Source: the human T2T-CHM13v2.0 reference genome, Homo sapiens
Assembly (NCBI RefSeq): GCF_009914755.1
Contig: NC_060943.1
Direction: 5' to 3' (one strand)
DNA: 64,000 nt
A program made the translations under genes and the position numbers. Every line of letters begins with the position of its first letter. The first letter of the stretch is position 1. Positions 1 through 14,549 of the stretch are shown one piece after another. The notes beneath the pieces are model-generated. The model worked only from the letters and a program-made list of their open reading frames with translations. It was not told the origin of the DNA and ran no database searches.

Positions 1-20
1 CTTCATGTTCTGCTAGACAG

Positions 21-191
21 AAGAATTCTCAGAAACTTCCTTGTGTTGTGTGTTTTCAACTCACAGAGTTGAACGATGCTTTACACAGAGTAGACTTGAA
101 ACACTCTTTTTGTGTAATTTGCAAGTGGAGATTTCAGCCGCTTTGAGGTCAATGGTAGAAAAGGAAATATCTTCGTATAAAAACTAGACAG
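21..191 (+). repeat. Representative A-type (J1-like) alpha-satellite monomer, 171 bp, no CENP-B box
   Basis: AAGAATTCTCAG at 21 aligns with AATGATTCTCAG at 192. The box position (150-166) reads CAATGGTAGAAAAGGAA (usually CAATGGTAGAATAGGAA), a pJalpha/A-box-like sequence. Monomer phase is arbitrary. Confidence 0.85.
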
Positions 192-360
192 AATGATTCT
201 CAGAAACTCCTTTGTGATGTGTGCGTTCAACTCACAGAGTTTAACCTTTCTTTTCATAGAGCAGTTAGGAAACACTCCGTTTGTAAAGTCTGCAAGTGGA
301 TATTCAGACCTCCTTGAGGCCTTCGTTGGAAACGGGATTTCTTCATATTATGCTAGACAG
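192..360 (+). repeat. Representative B-type (J2-like) alpha-satellite monomer, 169 bp, with CENP-B box
   Basis: Runs from AATGATTCTCAG (192) to just before the next AAGAATTCTCAG (361) and contains CTTCGTTGGAAACGGGA at 321-337. Confidence 0.88.
321..337 (+). promoter_or_regulatory. CENP-B box (first of 188 box positions, one per dimer; the last is at 63887-63903)
   Basis: CTTCGTTGGAAACGGGA matches the 17-bp CENP-B box and its core NTTCGNNNNANNCGGGN. About 45 copies are the GAAGCGGG variant, which keeps the core. At least 12 copies have a core mutation. Confidence 0.95.
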
Positions 361-740
361 AAGAATTCTCAGTAACTTCCTTGTGTTGTGTGTATTCAAC
401 TCACAGAGTTGAACGATCCTTTACACAGAGCAGACTTGAAACACTCTTTTTGTGGAATTTGCAAGTGGAGATTTCAGCCGCTTTGAGGTCAATGGTAGAA
501 TAGGAAATATCTTCATATAGAAACTAGACAGAATGATTCTCAGAAACTCCTTTGTGATGTGTGCGTTCAACTCACACAGTTTAACCTTTCTTTTCATAGA
601 GCAGTTAGGAAACACTCTGTTTGTAAAGTCTGCAAGTGGATATTCAGACATCCTTGAGGCTTTCGTTGGAAACGGGATTTCTTCATATTCTGCTAGAAAG
701 AAGAATTCTCAGTAACTTCCTTGTGTTGTGTGTATTCAAC

Positions 741-746
741 TCAGAG
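741..746 (+). other. 2-bp deletion in an A monomer (338-bp dimer)
   Basis: CTCAGAGTT replaces CTCACAGAGTT; ORF start spacing 533 to 871 is 338. Confidence 0.9.
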
Positions 747-2099
747 TTGAACGATCCTTTACACAGAGCAGACTTGAAACACTCTTTTTGTGGAATTTGC
801 AAGTGGAGATTTCAGCCGCTTTGAGGTCAATGTTAGAATAGGAAATATCTTCCTATAGAAACTAGACACAATGATTCTCAGAACCTCCTTTGTGATGTGT
901 GCGTTCAACTCACAGAGTTTAACCTTTCTTTTCATAGAGCAGTTAGGATACACTCTGTTTGTAAAGTCTGCAAGTGGATATTCAGACATCCGTGAGGCTT
1001 TCGTTGGAAACGGGATTTCTTCATATTCTGCTAGAAAGAAGAATTCTCAGTAACTTCCTTGTGTTGTGTGTATTCAACTCACAGAGTTGAACGATCCTTT
1101 ACACAGAGCAGACTTGAAACACTCTTTTTGTGGAATTTGCAAGTGGAGATTTCAGCCGCTTTGAGGTCAATGGTAGAATAGGAAATATCTTCCTATAGAA
1201 ACTAGACAGAATGATTCTCAGAAACTCCTTTGTGATGTGTGCGTTCAACTCACAGAGTTTAACCTTTCTTTTCATAGAGCAGTTAGGAAACACTCTGTTT
1301 GTAAAGTCTGCAAGTGGATATTCAGACATCTTTGAGGCCTTCGTTGGAAACGGGATTTCTTCATGTTCTGCTAGACAGAAGAATTCTCAGAAACTTCCTT
1401 GTGTTGTGTGTTTTCAACTCACAGAGTTGAACGATGCTTTACACAGAGTAGACTTGAAACACTCTTTTTGTGTAATTTGCAAGTGGAGATTTCAGCCGCT
1501 TTGAGGTCAATGGTAGAAAAGGAAATATCTTCGTATAAAAACTAGACAGAATGATTCTCAGAAACTCCTTTGTGATGTGTGCGTTCAACTCACAGAGTTT
1601 AACCTTTCTTTTCATAGAGCAGTTAGGAAACACTCTGTTTGTAAAGTCTGCAAGTGGATATTCAGACCTCCTTGAGGCCTTCGTTGGAAACGGGATTTCT
1701 TCATATTATGCTAGACAGAAGAATTCTCGGTAACTTCCTTGTGTTGTGTGTATTCAACTCACAGAGTTGAACGATCCTTTACACAGAGCAGACTTGAAAC
1801 ACTCTTTTTGTGGAATTTGCAAGTGGAGATTTCAGCCGCTTTGAGGTCAATGTTAGAATAGGAAATATCTTCATATAGAAACTAGACAGAATGATTCTCA
1901 GAAACTCCTTTGTGATGTGTGCGTTCAACTCACAGAGTTTAACCTTTCTTTTCATAGAGCAGTTAGGAAACACTGTGTTTGTAAAGTCTGCAAGTGGATA
2001 TTCAGACCTCCTTGAGGCATTCGTTGGAAACGGGATTTCTTCATATTATGCTAGACAGAAGAATTCTCAGTAACTTCCTTGTGTTGTGTGTATTCAACT

Positions 2100-5000
2100 C
2101 ACAGAGATGAACGATCCTTTACACAGAGCAGACTTGAAACACTCTTTTTGTGGAATTTGCAAGTGGAGATTTCAGCCGCTTTGAGTTCAATGGTAGAATA
2201 GGAAATATCTTCCTATAGAAACTAGACAGAATGATTCTCAGAAACTCCTTTGTGATGTGTGCGTTCAACTCACAGAGTTCAACCTTTCTTTTCATAGAGC
2301 AGTTGGGAAACACTCTGTTTGTAAAGTCTGCAAGTGGATATTCAGACTTCTTTGAGGCCTTCGTTGGAAGCGGGATTTCTTCATGTTCTGCTAGACAGAA
2401 GAATTCTCAGTAACTGCCTTGTGTTGTGTGTATTCAACTCACAGAGTTGAACGATCCTTTACACAGAGCAGACTTGAAACACTCTTTTTGTGGAATTTGC
2501 AAGTGGAGATTTCAGCCGCTTTGAGGTCAATGGTAGAATAGGAAATATCTTCCTATAGAAACTAGACAGAATGATTCTGAGAAACTCCTTTGTGATGTGT
2601 GCATTCAACTCACACAGTTTAACCTTTCTTTTCATAGAGCAGTTAGGAAACACTCTGTTTGTAAAGTCTGCAAGTGGATATTCAGACATCCTTGAGGCTT
2701 TCGTTGGAAACGGGATTTCTTCATGTTCTGCTAGACAGAAGAATTCTCAGTAACTTCCTTGTGTTGTGTGTATTCAACTCACAGAGTTGAACGATCCTTT
2801 ACACAGAGCAGACTTGAAACACTCTTTTTGTGGAATTTGCAAGTGGAGATTTCAGCCGCTTTGAGGTCAATGGTAGAATAGGAAATATCTTCCTATAGAA
2901 ACTAGACAGAATGATTCTCAGAAACTCCTTTGTGATGTGTGCGTTCAACTCACAGAGTTTAACCTTTCTTTTCATAGCGCAGTTGGGAAACACTCTGTTT
3001 GTAAAGTCTGCAAGTGGATATTCTGACATCCTTGAGGCTTTCGTTGGAAAAGGGATTTCTTCATATTCTGCTAGAAAGAAGAATTCTCAGTAACTTCCTT
3101 GTGTTGTGTGTATTCAACTCACAGAGTTGAACGATCCTTTACACAGAGCAGACTTGAAACACTCTTTTTGTGGAATTTGCAAGTGGAGATTTCAGCCGCT
3201 TTGAGGTCAATGTTAGAATAGGAAATATCTTCCTATAGAAACTAGACAGAATGATTCTCAGAACCTCCTTTGTGATGTGTGCGTTCAACTCACAGAGTTT
3301 AACCTTTCTTTTCATAGAGCAGTTAGGAAACACTCTGTTTGTAAAGTCTGCAAGTGGATATTCAGACATCCTTGAGGCTTTCGTTGGAAACGGGATTTCT
3401 TCATATTCTGCTAGAAAGAAGAATTCTCAGTAACTTCCTTGTGTTGTGTGTATTCAACTCACAGAGTTGAACGATCCTTTACACAGAGCAGACTTGAAAC
3501 ACTCTTTTTGTGGAATTTGCAAGTGGAGATATCAGCCGCTTTGAGTTCAATGGTAGAATAGGAAATATCTTCCTATAGAAACTAGACAGAATGATTCTCA
3601 GAAACTCCTTTGTGATGTGTGCGTTCAACTCACAGAGTTTAACCTTTCTTTTCATAGAGCAGTTGGGAAACACTCTGTTTGTAAAGTCTGCAAGTGGATA
3701 TTCAGACCTCCTTGAGGCTTTCGTTGGAAACGGGATTTCTTCATATTCTGCTAGAAAGAAGAATTCTCAGTAACTTCCTTGTGTTGTGTGTATTCAACTC
3801 ACAGAGTTGAACGATCCTTTACACAGAGCAGACTTGAAACACTCCTTTTGTGGAATTTGCAAGTGGAGATTTCAGCCGCTTTGAGGTCAATGGTAGAATA
3901 GGAAATATCTTCCTATAGAAACTAGACAGAATGATTCTGAGAAACTCCTTTGTGATGTGTGCGTTCAACTCACACAGTTTAACCTTTCTTTTCATAGAGC
4001 AGTTAGGAAACACTCTGTTTGTAAAGTCTGCAAGTGGATATTCAGACCTCCTTGAGGCCTTCGTTGGAAACGGGATTTCTTCATATTATGCTAGACAGAA
4101 GAATTCTCAGTAACTTCCTTGTGTTGTGTGTATTCAACTCACAGAGTTGAACGATCCTTTACACAGAGCAGACTTGAAACCCTCTTTTTGTGGAATTTGC
4201 AAGTGGAGATTTCAGCCGCTTTGAGGTCAATGGTAGAATAGGAAATATCTTCCTATAGAAACTAGACAGAATGATTCTCAGAAACTCCTTTGTGATGTGT
4301 GCGTTCAACTCACAGAGTTCAACCTTTCTTTTCATAGAGCAGTTGGGAAACACTCTGTTTGTAAAGTCTGCAAGTGGATATTCAGACTTCTTTGAGGCCT
4401 TCGTTGGAAGCGGGATTTCTTCATGTTCTGCTAGACAGAAGAATTCTCAGAAACTTCCTTGTGTTGTGTGTTTTCAACTCACAGAGTTGAACGATCCTTT
4501 ACACAGAGCAGACTTGAAACACTCTTTTTGTGGAATTTGCAAGTGGAGATTTCAGCCGCTTTGAGGTCAATGGTAGAATAGGAAATATCTTCCTATAGAA
4601 ACTAGACAGAATGATTCTCAGAAACTCCTTTGTGATGTGTGCGTTCAACTCACAGAGTTTAACCTTTCTTTTCATAGAGCAGTTAGGAAACACTCTGTTT
4701 GTAAAGTCTGCAAGTAGATATTCAGACATCTTTGAGGCCTTCGTTGGAAACGGGATTTCTTCATGTTCTGCTAGACAGAAGAATTCTCAGAAACTTCCTT
4801 GTGTTGTGTGTTTTCAACTCACAGAGTTGAACGATGCTTTACACAGAGTAGACTTGAAACACTCTTTTTGTGTAATTTGCAAGTGGAGATTTCAGCCGCT
4901 TTGAGGTCAATGGTAGAAAAGGAAATATCTTCGTATAAAAACTAGACAGAATGATTCTCAGAAACTCCTTTGTGATGTGTGCGTTCAACTCACAGAGTTT

Positions 5001-7740
5001 AACCTTTCTTTTCATAGAGCAGTTAGGAAACACTCTGTTTGTAAAGTCTGCAAGTGGATATTCAGACATCCTTGAGGCTTTCGTTGGAAACGGAATTTCT
5101 TCATGTTCTGCTAGACAGAAGAATTCTCAGTAACTTCCTTGTGTTGTGTGTATTCAACTCACAGAGTTGAACGATCCTTTACACAGAGCAGACTTGAAAC
5201 ACTCTTTTTGTGGAATTTGCAAGTGGAGATTTCAGCCGCTTTGAGTTCAATGGTAGAATAGGAAATATCTTCCTGTAGAAACTAGACAGAATGATTCTCA
5301 GAAACTCCTTTGTGATGTGTGCGTTCAACTCACAGAGTTCAACCTTTCTTTTCATAGAGCAGTTGGGAAACACTCTGTTTGTAAAGTCTGCAAGTGGATA
5401 TTCAGACTTCTTTGAGGCCTTCGTTGGAAGCGGGATTTCTTCATGTTCTGCTAGACAGAAGAATTCTCAGTAACTGCCTTGTGTTGTGTGTATTCAACTC
5501 ACAGAGTTGAACGATCCTTTACACAGAGCAGACTTGAAACACTCCTTTTGTGGAATTTGCAAGTGGAGATTTCAGCCGCTTTGAGGTCAATGGTAGAATA
5601 GGAAATATCTTCCTATAGAAACTAGACAGAATGATTCTCAGAAACTCCTTTGTGATGTGTGCGTTCAACTCACAGAGTTTAACCTTTCTTTTCATAGAGC
5701 AGTTAGGAAACACTCTGTTTGTAAAGTCTGCAAGTGGATATTCAGACATCTTTGAGGCCTTCGTTGGAAACGGGATTTCTTCATGTTCTGCTAGACAGAA
5801 GAATTCTCAGAAACTTCCTTGTGTTGTGTGTTTTCAACTCACAGAGTTGAACGATGCTTTACACAGAGTAGACTTGAAACACTCTTTTTGTGTAATTTGC
5901 AAGTGGAGATTTCAGCCGCTTTGAGGTCAATGTTAGAATAGGAAATATCTTCGTATAAAAACTAGACAGAATGATTCTCAGAAACTCCTTTGTGATGTGT
6001 GCGTTCAACTCACAGAGTTTAACCTTTCTTTTCATAGAGCAGTTAGGAAACACTCTGTTTGTAAAGTCTGCAAGTGGATATTCAGACCTCCTTGAGGCTT
6101 TCGTTGGAAACGGGATTTCTTCATATTATGCTAGACAGAAGAATTCTCAGTAACTTCCTTGTGTTGTGTGTATTCAACTCACAGAGTTGAACGATCCTTT
6201 ACACAGAGCAGACTTGAAACACTCTTTTTGTGGAATTTGCAAGTGGAGATTTCAGCCGCTTTGAGGTCAATGGTAGAATAGGAAATATCTTCCTATAGAA
6301 ACTAGACAGAATGATTCTCAGAAACTCCTTTGTGATGTGTGCGTTCAACTCACAGAGTTTAACCTTTCTTTTCATAGAGCAGTTAGGAAACACTCTGTTT
6401 GTAAAGTCTGCAAGTGGATATTCAGACATCTTTGAGGCCTTCGTTGGAAACGGGATTTCTTCATATTATGCTAGACAGAAGAATTCTCAGAAACTTCCTT
6501 GTGTTGTGTGTTTTCAACTCACAGAGATGAACGATGCTTTACACAGAGCAGACTTGAAACACTCTTTTTGTGGAATTTGCAAGTGGAGATTTCAGCCGCT
6601 TTGAGTTCAATGGTAGAATAGGAAATATCTTCCTATAGAAACTAGACAGAATGATTCTCAGAAACTCCTTTGTGATGTGTGCGTTCAATTCACAGAGTTC
6701 AACCTTTCTTTTCATAGAGCAGTTAGGAAACACTCTGTTTGTAAAGTCTGCAAGTGGATATTCAGACCTCTTTGAGGCCTTCGTTGGAAGCGGGATTTCT
6801 TCATGTTCTGCTAGACAGAAGAATTCTCAGTAACTGCCTTGTGTTGTGTGTATTCAACTCACAGAGTTGAACGATCCTTTACACAGAGCAGACTTGAAAC
6901 ACTCTTTTTGTGGAATTTGCAAGTGGAGATTTCAGCCGCTTTGAGGTCAATGGTAGAATAGGAAATATCTTCCTATAGAAACTAGACAGAATGATTCTGA
7001 GAAACTCCTTTGTGATGTGTGCGTTCAACTCACACAGTTTAACCTTTCTTTTCATAGAGCAGTTTGGAAACACTCTGTTTGTAAAGTCTGCAAGTGGATA
7101 TTCAGACATCCTTGAGGCTTTCGTTGGAAACGGGATTTCTTCATGTTCTGCTAGACAGAAGAATTCTCAGTAACTTCCTTGTGTTGTGTGTATTCAACTC
7201 ACAGAGTTGAACGATCCTTTACACAGAGCAGACTTGAAACACTCTTTTTGTGGAATTTGCAAGTGGAGATTTCAGCCGCTTTGAGGTCAATGGTAGAATA
7301 GGAAATATCTTCCTATAGAAACTAGACAGAATGATTCTCAGAAACTCCTTTGTGATGTGTGCGTTCAACTCACAGAGTTTAACCTTTCTTTTCATAGCGC
7401 AGTTGGGAAACACTCTGTTTGTAAAGTCCGCAAGTGGATATTCTGACATCCTTGAGGCTTTCGTTGGAAACGGGATTTCTTCATATTCTGCTAGACAGAA
7501 GAATTCTCAGTAACTTCCTTGTGTTGTGTGTATTCAACTCACAGAGTTGAACGATCCTTTACACAGAGCAGACTTGAAACACTCTTTTTGTGGAATTTGC
7601 AAGTGGAGATTTCAGCCGCTTTGAGGTCAATGGTAGAATAGGAAATATCTTCCTATAGAAACTAGACAGAATGATTCTCAGAACCTCCTTTGTGATGTGT
7701 GCGTTCAACTCACAGAGTTTAACCTTTCTTTTCATAGAGC
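2100..7740 (+). repeat. Diverged block duplication at 4420-bp (13-dimer) offset: about 2.1-3.3 kb versus 6.5-7.7 kb
   Basis: Ordered shared variants: GAGATGA (2107/6527), GAAGCGGG box followed by TAACTGCC, ATTCTGAGA+CACAC dimer, TAGCGC+TTCTGAC dimer, and GAACCTCC. Confidence 0.75.
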
Positions 7741-7969
7741 AGTTAGGAAACACTCTGTTTGTAAAGTCTGCAAGTGGATATTCAGACCTCCTTGAGGCCT
7801 TCGTTGGAAACGGGATTTCTTCATATTATGCTAGACAGAAGAATTCTCAGTAACTTCCTTGTGTTGTGTGTATTCAACTCACAGAGTTGAACGATCCTTT
7901 ACACAGAGCAGACTTGAAACACTCTTTTTGTGGAATTTGCAAGTGGAGATTTCAGCCGCTTTGAGTTCA

Positions 7970-9840
7970 ATGGTAGAATAGGAAATATCTTCCTATAGAA
8001 ACTAGACAGAATGATTCTCAGAAACTCCTTTGTGATGTGTGCGTTCAACTCACAGAGTTCAACCTTTCTTTTCATAGAGCAGTTGGGAAACACTCTGTTT
8101 GTAAAGTCTGCAAGTGGATATTCAGACTTCTTTGAGGCCTTCGTTGGAAGCGGGATTTCTTCATGTTCTGCTAGACAGAAGAATTCTCAGAAACTTCCTT
8201 GTGTTGTGTGTTTTCAACTCACAGGGTTGAACGATCCTTTACACAGAGCAGACTTGAAACACTCTTTTTGTGGAATTTGCAAGTGGAGATTTCAGCCGCT
8301 TTGAGGTCAATGGTAGAATAGGAAATATCTTCCTATAGAAACTAGACAGAATGATTCTCAGAAACTCCTTTGTGATGTGTGCGTTCAACTCACAGAGTTT
8401 AACCTTTCTTTTCATAGAGCAGTTAGGAAACACTCTGTTTGTAAAGTCTGCAAGTAGATATTCAGACATCTTTGAGGCCTTCGTTGGAAACGGGATTTCT
8501 TCATGTTCTGCTAGACAGAAGAATTCTCAGAAACTTCCTTGTGTTGTGTGTTTTCAACTCACAGAGTTGAACGATGCTTTACACAGAGTAGACTTGAAAC
8601 ACTCTTTTTGTGTAATTTGCAAGTGGAGATTTCAGCCGCTTTGAGGTCAATGGTAGAAAAGGAAATATCTTCGTATAAAAACTAGACAGAATGATTCTCA
8701 GAAACTCCTTTGTGATGTGTGCGTTCAACTCACAGAGTTTAACCTTTCTTTTCATAGAGCAGTTAGGAAACACTCTGTTTGTAAAGTCTGCAAGTGGATA
8801 TTCAGACATCCTTGAGGCTTTTGTTGGAAACGGGATTTCTTCATATTCTGCTAGAAAGAAGAATTCTCAGTAACTTCCTTGTGTTGTGTGTATTCAACTC
8901 ACAGAGTTGAACGATCCTTTACACAGAGCAGACTTGAAACACTCTTTTTGTGGAATTTGCAAGTGGAGATTTCAGCCGCTTTGAGGTCAATGGTAGAATA
9001 GGAAATATCTTCCTATAGAAACTAGACAGAATGATTCTCAGAAACTCCTTTGTGATGTGTGCGTTCAACTCACAGAGTTCAACCTTTCTTTTCATAGAGC
9101 AGTTGGGAAACACTCTGTTTGTAAAGTCTGCAAGTGGATATTCAGACTTCTTTGAGGCCTTCGTTGGAAGCGGGATTTCTTCATGTTCTGCTAGACAGAA
9201 GAATTCTCAGAAACTTCCTTGTGTTGTGTGTTTTCAACTCACAGAGTTGAACGATCCTTTACACAGAGCAGACTTGAAACACTCTTTTTGTGGAATTTGC
9301 AAGTGGAGATTTCAGCCGCTTTGAGGTCAATGGTAGAATAGGAAATATCTTCCTATAGAAACTAGACAGAATGATTCTCAGAAACTCCTTTGTGATGTGT
9401 GCGTTCAACTCACAGAGTTTAACCTTTCTTTTCATAGAGCAGTTAGGAAACACTCTGTTTGTAAAGTCTGCAAGTAGATATTCAGACATCTTTGAGGCCT
9501 TCGTTGGAAACGGGATTTCTTCATGTTCTGCTAGACAGAAGAATTCTCAGAAACTTCCTTGTGTTGTGTGTTTTCAACTCACAGAGTTGAACGATGCTTT
9601 ACACAGAGTAGACTTGAAACACTCTTTTTGTGTAATTTGCAAGTGGAGATTTCAGCCGCTTTGAGGTCAATGGTAGAAAAGGAAATATCTTCGTATAAAA
9701 ACTAGACAGAATGATTCTCAGAAACTCCTTTGTGATGTGTGCGTTAAACTCACAGAGTTTAACCTTTCTTTTCATAGAGCAGTTAGGAAACACTCTGTTT
9801 GTAAAGTCTGCAAGTGGATATTCAGACATCCTTGAGGCTT
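7970..9840 (+). repeat. Tandem 1020-bp (3-dimer) repeat
   Basis: Dimer types at ORF starts 8011/8351/8691 recur at 9031/9371/9711 (GAAGC box+CAGAAAC; AAGTAGATA; CTTCGTATAAAA), with a few private differences. Confidence 0.75.
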
Positions 9841-12800
9841 TCGTTGGAAACGGAATTTCTTCATGTTCTGCTAGACAGAAGAATTCTCAGTAACTTCCTT
9901 GTGTTGTGTGTATTCAACTCACAGAGTTGAACGATCCTTTACACAGAGCAGACTTGAAACACTCTTTTTGTGGAATTTGCAAGTGGAGATTTCAGCCGCT
10001 TTGAGTTCAATGGTAGAATAGGAAATATCTTCCTGTAGAAACTAGACAGAATGATTCTCAGAAACTCCTTTGTGATGTGTGCGTTCAACTCACAGAGTTC
10101 AACCTTTCTTTTCATAGAGCAGTTGGGAAACACTCTGTTTGTAAAGTCTGCAAGTGGATATTCAGACTTCTTTGAGGCCTTCGTTGGAAGCGGGATTTCT
10201 TCATGTTCTGCTAGACAGAAGAATTCTCAGTAACTGCCTTGTGTTGTGTGTATTCAACTCACAGAGTTGAACGATCCTTTACACAGAGCAGACTTGAAAC
10301 ACTCCTTTTGTGGAATTTGCAAGTGGAGATTTCAGCCGCTTTGAGGTCAATGGTAGAATAGGAAATATCTTCCTATAGAAACTAGACAGAATGATTCTCA
10401 GAAACTCCTTTGTGATGTGCGCGTTCAACTCACAGAGTTTAACCTTTCTTTTCATAGAGCAGTTGGGAAACACTCTGTTTGTAAAGTCTGCAAGTGGATA
10501 TTCAGACCTCCTTGAGGCTTTCGTTGGAAACGGGATTTCTTCATATTCTGCTAGAAAGAAGAATTCTCAGTAACTTCCTTGTGTTGTGTGTATTCAACTC
10601 ACAGAGTTGAACGATCCTTTACACAGAGCAGACTTGAAAAACTCTTTCTGTGGAATTTGCAAGTGGAGATTTCAGCCGCTTTGAGGTCAATGGTAGAATA
10701 GGAAATATCTTCCTATAGAAACTAGACAGAATGATTCTCAGAAACTCCTTTGTGATGTGTGCGTTCAACTCACAGAGTTTAACCTTTCTTTTCATAGAGC
10801 AGTTAGGAAACACTCTGTTTGTAAAGTCTGCAAGTGGATATTCAGACATCCTTGAGGCTTTCGTTGGAAAGGGGATTTCTTCATATTCTGCTAGAAAGAA
10901 GAATTCTCAGTAACTTCCTTGTGTTGTGTGTATTCAACTCACAGAGTTGAACGATCCTTTACACAGAGCAGACTTGAAACACTCTTTTTGTGGAATTTGC
11001 AAGTGGAGATTTCAGCCGCTTTGAGGTCAATGGTAGAATAGGAAATATCTTCCTATAGAAACTAGACAGAATGATTCTCAGAAACTCCTCTGTGATGTGT
11101 GCGTTCAACTCACAGAGTTTAACCTTTCTTTTCATAGAGCAGTTAGGAAACACTCTGTTTGTAAAGTCTGCAAGTGGATATTCAGACATCCTTGAGGCTT
11201 TCGTTGGAAACGGGATTTCTTCATATTCTGCTAGAAAGAAGAATTCTCAGTAACTTCCTTGTGTTGTGTGTATTCAACTCACAGAGTTGAACGATCCTTT
11301 ACACAGAGCAGACTTGAAACACTCTTTTTGTGGAATTTGCAAGTGGAGATTTCAGCCGCTTTGAGGTCAATGGTAGAATAGGAAATATCTTCCTATAGAA
11401 ACTAGACAGAATGATTCTCAGAAACTCCTTTGTGATGTGTGCGTTCAACTCACAGAGTTTAACCTTTCTTTTCATAGAGCAGTTGGGAAACACTCTGTTT
11501 GTAAAGTCTGCAAGTGGATATTCAGACATCCTTGAGGCTTTCGTTGGAAAGGGGATTTCTTCATATTCTGCTAGAAAGAAGAATTCTCAGTAACTTCCTT
11601 GTGTTGTGTGTATTCAACTCACAGAGTTGAACGATCCTTTACACAGAGCAGACTTGAAACACTCTTTTTGTGGAATTTGCAAGTGGAGATTTCAGCCGCT
11701 TTGAGGTCAATGGTAGAATAGGAAATATCTTCCTATAGAAACTAGACAGAATGATTCTCAGAAACTCCTTTGTGATGTGTGCGTTCAACTCACAGAGTTT
11801 AACCTTTCTTTTCATAGAGCAGTTAGGAAACACTCTGTTTGTAAAGTCTGCAAGTGGATATTCAGACATCCTTGAGGCTTTCGTTGGAAACGGGATTTCT
11901 TCATATTCTGCTAGAAAGAAGAATTCTCAGTAACTTCCTTGTGTTGTGTGTATTCAACTCACAGAGTTGAACGATCCTTTACACAGAGCAGACTTGAAAC
12001 ACTCTTTTTGTGGAATTTGCAAGTGGAGATTTCAGCCGCTTTGAGGTCAATGGTAGAATAGGAAATATCTTCCTATAGAAACTAGACAGAATGATTCTCA
12101 GAAACTCCTTTGTGATGTGTGCGTTCAACTCACAGAGTTTAACCTTTCTTTTCATAGAGCAGTTGGGAAACACTCTGTTTGTAAAGTCTGCAAGTGGATA
12201 TTCAGACATCCTTGAGGCTTTCGTTGGAAACGGGATTTCTTCATATTCTGCTAGAAAGAACAATTCTCAGTAACTTCCTTGTGTTGTGTGTATTCAACTC
12301 ACAGAGTTGAACGATCCTTTACACAGAGCAGACTTGAAACACTCTTTTTGTGGAATTTGCAAGTGGAGATTTCAGCCGCTTTGAGGTCAATGGTAGAATA
12401 GGAAATATCTTCCTATAGAAACTAGACAGAATGATTCTCAGAAACTCCTTTGTGATGTGTGCGTTCAACTCACAGAGTTTAACCTTTCTTTTCATAGAGC
12501 AGTTAGGAAACACTCTGTTTGTAAAGTCTGCAAGTAGATATTCAGACATCTTTGAGGCCTTCGTTGGAAACGGGATTTCTTCATGTTCTGCTAGACAGAA
12601 GAATTCTCAGAAACTTCCTTGTGTTGTGTGTTTTCAACTCACAGAGTTGAACGATGCTTTACACAGAGTAGACTTGAAACACTCTTTTTGTGTAATTTGC
12701 AAGTGGAGATTTCAGCCGCTTTGAGGTCAATGGTAGAAAAGGAAATATCTTCGTATAAAAACTAGACAGAATGATTCTCAGAAACTCCTTTGTGATGTGT

Positions 12801-14213
12801 GCGTTCAACTCACAGAGTTTAACCTTTCTTTTCATAGAGCAGTTAGGAAACACTCTGTTTGTAAAGTCTGCAAGTGGATATTCAGACATCCTTGAGGCTT
12901 TCGTTGGAAACGGGATTTCTTCATATTCTGCTAGAAAGAAGAATTCTCAGTAACTTCCTTGTGTTGTGTGTATTCAACTCACAGAGTTGAACGATCCTTT
13001 AGACAGAGCAGACTTGAAACACTCTTTTTGTGGAATTTGCAAGTGGAGATTTCAGCCGCTTTGAGGTCAATGGTAGAATAGGAAATATCTTCCTATAGAA
13101 ACTAGACAGAATGATTCTCAGAAACTCCTTTGTGATGTGTGCGTTCAACTCACAGAGTTTAACCTTTCTTTTCATAGAGCAGTTAGGAAACACTCTGTTT
13201 GTAAAGTCTGCAAGTGGTTATTCAGACATCTTTGAGGCCTTCGTTGGAAACGGGATTTCTTCATGTTCTGCTAGACAGAAGAATTCTCAGAAACTTCCTT
13301 GTGTTGTGTGTTTTCAACTCACAGAGTTGAACGATGCTTTACACAGAGTAGACTTGAAACACTCTTTTTGTGTAATTTGCAAGCGGAGATTTCAGCCGCT
13401 TTCAGGTCAATGGTAGAAAAGGAAATATCTTCGTATAAAAACTAGACAGAATGATTCTCAGAAACTCCTTTGTGATGTGTGCGTTCAACTCACAGAGTTT
13501 AACCTTTCTTTTCATAGAGCAGTTAGGAAACACTCTGTTTGTAAAGTCTGCAAGTGGATATTCAGACCTCCTTGAGGCCTTCGTTGGAAACGGGATTTCT
13601 TCATATTATGCTAGACAGAAGAATTCTCAGTAACTTCCTTGTGTTGTGTGTATTCAACTCACAGAGTTGAACGATCCTTTACACAGAGCAGACTTGAAAC
13701 ACTCTTTTTGTGGAATTTGCAAGTGGAGATTTCAGCCGCTTTGAGGTCAATGGTAGAATAGGAAATATCTTCATATAGAAACTAGACAGAATGATTCTCA
13801 GAAACTCCTTTGTGATGTGTGCGTTCAACTCACACAGTTTAACCTTTCTTTTCATAGAGCAGTTAGGAAACACTCTGTTTGTAAAGTCTGCAAGTGGATA
13901 TTCAGACCTCCTTGAGGCATTCGTTGGAAACGGGATTTCTTCATATTATGCTAGACAGAAGAATTCTCAGTAACTTCCTTGTGTTGTGTGTATTCAACTC
14001 ACAGAGTTGAACGATCCTTTACACAGAGCAGACTTGAAACACTCTTTTTGTGGAATTTGCAAGTGGAGATTTCAGCCGCTTTGAGTTCAATGGTAGAATA
14101 GGAAATATCTTCCTGTAGAAACTAGACAGAATGATTCTCAGAAACTCCTTTGTGATGTGTGCGTTCAACTCACAGAGTTCAACCTTTCTTTTCATAGAGC
14201 AGTTGGGAAACAC

Positions 14214-14220
14214 TCTGTAA
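14214..14220 (+). other. 4-bp deletion in a B monomer (336-bp dimer)
   Basis: CACTCTGTAAAG replaces CACTCTGTTTGTAAAG. Confidence 0.92.
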
Positions 14221-14549
14221 AGTCTGCAAGTGGATATTCAGACTTCTTTGAGGCCTTCGTTGGAAGCGGGATTGCTTCATGTTCTGCTAGACAGAAGAAT
14301 TCTCAGTAACTGCCTTGTGTTGTGTGTATTCAACTCACAGAGTTGAACGATCCTTTACACAGAGCAGACTTGAAACACTCCTTTTGTGGAATTTGCAAGT
14401 GGAGATTTCAGCCGCTTTGAGGTCAATGGTAGAATAGGAAATATCTTCCTATAGAAACTAGACAGAATGATTCTCAGAAACTCCTTTGTGATGTGTGCGT
14501 TCAACTCACAGAGTTTAACCTTTCTTTTCATAGAGCAGTTGGGAAACAC

